DNA from: a bacterium
GTDB taxonomy: Bacteria > Zhuqueibacterota > Zhuqueibacteria > Oceanimicrobiales > Oceanimicrobiaceae
Assembly (NCBI GenBank): GCA_037446635.1
Contig: JBBIIG010000060.1
Span: forward strand, 1-24,708
Length of the DNA stretch: 24,708 nt
Direction: 5' to 3'
Shown here: piece by piece, positions 23,063 through 24,708 of the stretch
Numbering within the stretch: position 1 is the stretch's first letter
Layout: the number at the start of each line of letters is the position of its first letter
Notes under the pieces: generated by a model
What the model was told of the DNA's origin: nothing
Database searches by the model: none
The model's input: the letters and a program-made list of their open reading frames with translations, nothing else
Program-made: the position numbers and the translations under genes

Positions 23063-23860
23063 ATGCAAGATATGTCGGAAGTTGTCAATCAATTATTAGA
23101 TGCTTGGGAAAGCGCTGCACATGCGGAAGATGCTGTTAGAGCTTATGACATTGCGAATCTGGGCATTGAAAAAACCGATCACCCATCGTTTTACTGCGCG
23201 AAATTCATTTCGCTATTGGCCTTGAATAAAGCTTTCAATCCTTGGCGTTCCGTTTATATGACAGTTTTGGGAAGGCGAGGAGAAGAATATTCAAAAAGTG
23301 ATTTGAAGGAATTATTGAACTGTGGACTTGCCTTTGTTGAACGAGAGCAAAGCGGACGAAGTTATGAATGTTTAGGACGTGCGCGTGCACTTCAGACGCT
23401 TGAACTGAATGATGGGCAAAGAGAAGAGAAAATCTCTATTTGTAAACAAGCACTAAACGATCTTGAGCGTTCTCATCAGCTTTATTTAGTAGAACAGGAA
23501 CTTGCAAAAACTCGCGAGTTAAAGGAAACACTTTCTACCGATATCCGTGTTGTTTTAGGTCTGGCCAATGAGCTAAAAGAAGAAATACAGAAACCCGATA
23601 AGGGTAGTAAGGGTGGCTGTTTTATCGCCACAGCTGCAATGGGCAATGAAAACGCGGGGGAGGTCGTTTTTCTTAAACAATTTAGAGACCAGAAGTTACT
23701 ACTTTCACTTTGGGGAAAAATATTTATTCACTGCTACTATTCGTTTTCGCCGCTAGTTGCAAAGTATATTGCAGAATCGACGGTACTGCGCAAACTGACG
23801 ATGAAGATCGTTGTCAAACCTCTCGTCTGGGCGGTTAAAACTTTTTATCATCTCAAATAA
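23063..23860 (+). CDS. Alpha-helical (TPR-like) protein with a C-terminal CFI-box-CTERM domain
   Basis: SD GGAGGAGG; GCFIATAAMG..EVVFLKQFRD..L...GKIFIHCYYSFSPLVA; no signal peptide. Confidence 0.8.
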   Translation: MQDMSEVVNQLLDAWESAAHAEDAVRAYDIANLGIEKTDHPSFYCAKFISLLALNKAFNPWRSVYMTVLGRRGEEYSKSDLKELLNCGLAFVEREQSGRSYECLGRARALQTLELNDGQREEKISICKQALNDLERSHQLYLVEQELAKTRELKETLSTDIRVVLGLANELKEEIQKPDKGSKGGCFIATAAMGNENAGEVVFLKQFRDQKLLLSLWGKIFIHCYYSFSPLVAKYIAESTVLRKLTMKIVVKPLVWAVKTFYHLK

Positions 23861-23904
23861 TGTGCTCTACATATAAAAAGAGCTAATCACAGAGAAGGTA
23901 GATT

Positions 23905-24101
23905 ATGCCCGATCATGAGTATGACGCTTGTCCAAGCTGCGGTTATGAAGGGTCACGTAATATTTATGAGTGCAATAACTGCGGTTTTCAAGGATGCTGG
24001 GATAGGTATGGCGGTGGTTGCTGGCTAAACAATCGGAGTGTCCGAAATGTGGGACGTACGGTCGTTGGCGAAGAGTTGGATATGTCGGAAAAGGGGCTTA
24101 A
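23905..24101 (+). pseudogene. Small Cys-rich zinc-finger protein, frameshifted near 24025
   Basis: CPSC..YECNNCGFQGC..GGGCW, continuing in another frame as KQSECPKCGTYGRWRRVGYVGKGA*; paralog of the next gene. Confidence 0.65.
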
Positions 24102-24210
24102 CAGATGGCCATGAAGTTATTAGGGAGCACTTGCCTTAACGATACAAGCTGATCACCTGTGAACCATCCGGATTATTCCGCTATTCTTATTATTATTGAG
24201 AGGTCTTATC

Positions 24211-24414
24211 ATGTCCAATTATATCTATGCTTGCCCCAATTGTGGCGCGGACAAAAATGACATCGGTTGGTCCGCCGCTTATTTCGATGTGTACGAATGC
24301 CGCGACTGCGGCGAAAAATATTGCCACAAATGCCATGGCAGCAACGGAGCGCGCTATTGTCCGAATTGCAAGAGCACCTCACGGAGCACTTACGGCAGAG
24401 TTTCAAAACCCTAA
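24211..24414 (+). CDS. Small 8-Cys zinc-finger protein (RING/FYVE-like spacing)
   Basis: CPNC-x18-CRDC-x4-CHKC-x8-CPNC; SD GAGAGG. Confidence 0.78.
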   Translation: MSNYIYACPNCGADKNDIGWSAAYFDVYECRDCGEKYCHKCHGSNGARYCPNCKSTSRSTYGRVSKP

Positions 24415-24476
24415 GTTAAAAAGTGTGATTATGGATTGACCAATTACACATAATCAAAAATTTTGGAGGAGGAAAA

Positions 24477-24708
24477 ATGAAAAAGACCGAAACCCAATGT
24501 TCTGAAACACTTTTGTCGTTTGGCAATTTTTTCAGTTTTATTAGATGGGTTTTTGTTATCATGGGGGTTGTTATATTTTTTGTTGGAATGACTCAGACTG
24601 GACAACAAAGTCAGTTTGGCGGTGGAACAGTTCTCGTAACCGCCATACTCGTTGTTGTGTGTGGACTTATTTTGGTAGCGAGTGGTCAAGGTATTTCCTG
24701 TTTTGTTT
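24477..24708 (+). CDS. Two-TM membrane protein, truncated by the window edge
   Basis: SD GGAGGAGG; MKKTETQCSETLLSFGNFFSFIRWVFVIMGVVIFFVGM...VLVTAILVVVCGLILVASGQGISCFV; open to the end of the window. Confidence 0.75.
   Translation, partial: MKKTETQCSETLLSFGNFFSFIRWVFVIMGVVIFFVGMTQTGQQSQFGGGTVLVTAILVVVCGLILVASGQGISCFV

Noticed and set aside
24444..24689. 81-aa minus-strand ORF
   Set aside because: Antisense to a plus-strand membrane-protein gene with a strong SD starting at 24477.

Overview
Bacterial chromosomal window. Left (1-6.9 kb, minus strand): a group 3b [NiFe] sulfhydrogenase operon (beta, stand-alone cNMP-binding protein, gamma, delta, alpha, maturation protease, a short Cys-free HypA, partial HypF) behind a likely FNR/Crp-type promoter. 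Next come two tRNA-Lys genes, a radical SAM enzyme with the motif layout of tetraether synthase (Tes/GDGT-MAS, MJ0619 family), a DedA/VTT membrane protein that is probably leaderless, and an unannotated unit of promoter, three-way-junction RNA and terminator (candidate ncRNA). A minus-strand cytochrome c maturation cluster follows (Zn-ribbon protein, ccmA, ccmB, ccmC, and ccmD fused to a secreted beta-rich domain), then copA, lgt, a CDF transporter and a D-threonine aldolase/DSD1-family enzyme. The right end (20.5-24.7 kb) is an AT-richer accessory region. It holds decayed, chimeric toxin-antitoxin remnants, an intact ParD-ParE pair, a 21-bp repeat array, and an uncharacterised gene cluster: a frameshifted YbjN-like protein, a helical protein with a CFI-box-CTERM domain, two paralogous Cys-rich RING/FYVE-like mini-proteins and a 2-TM protein. 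Many small palindromic or heptamer repeats occur throughout, several in-frame within genes. All family assignments come from motif recognition, not database searches.
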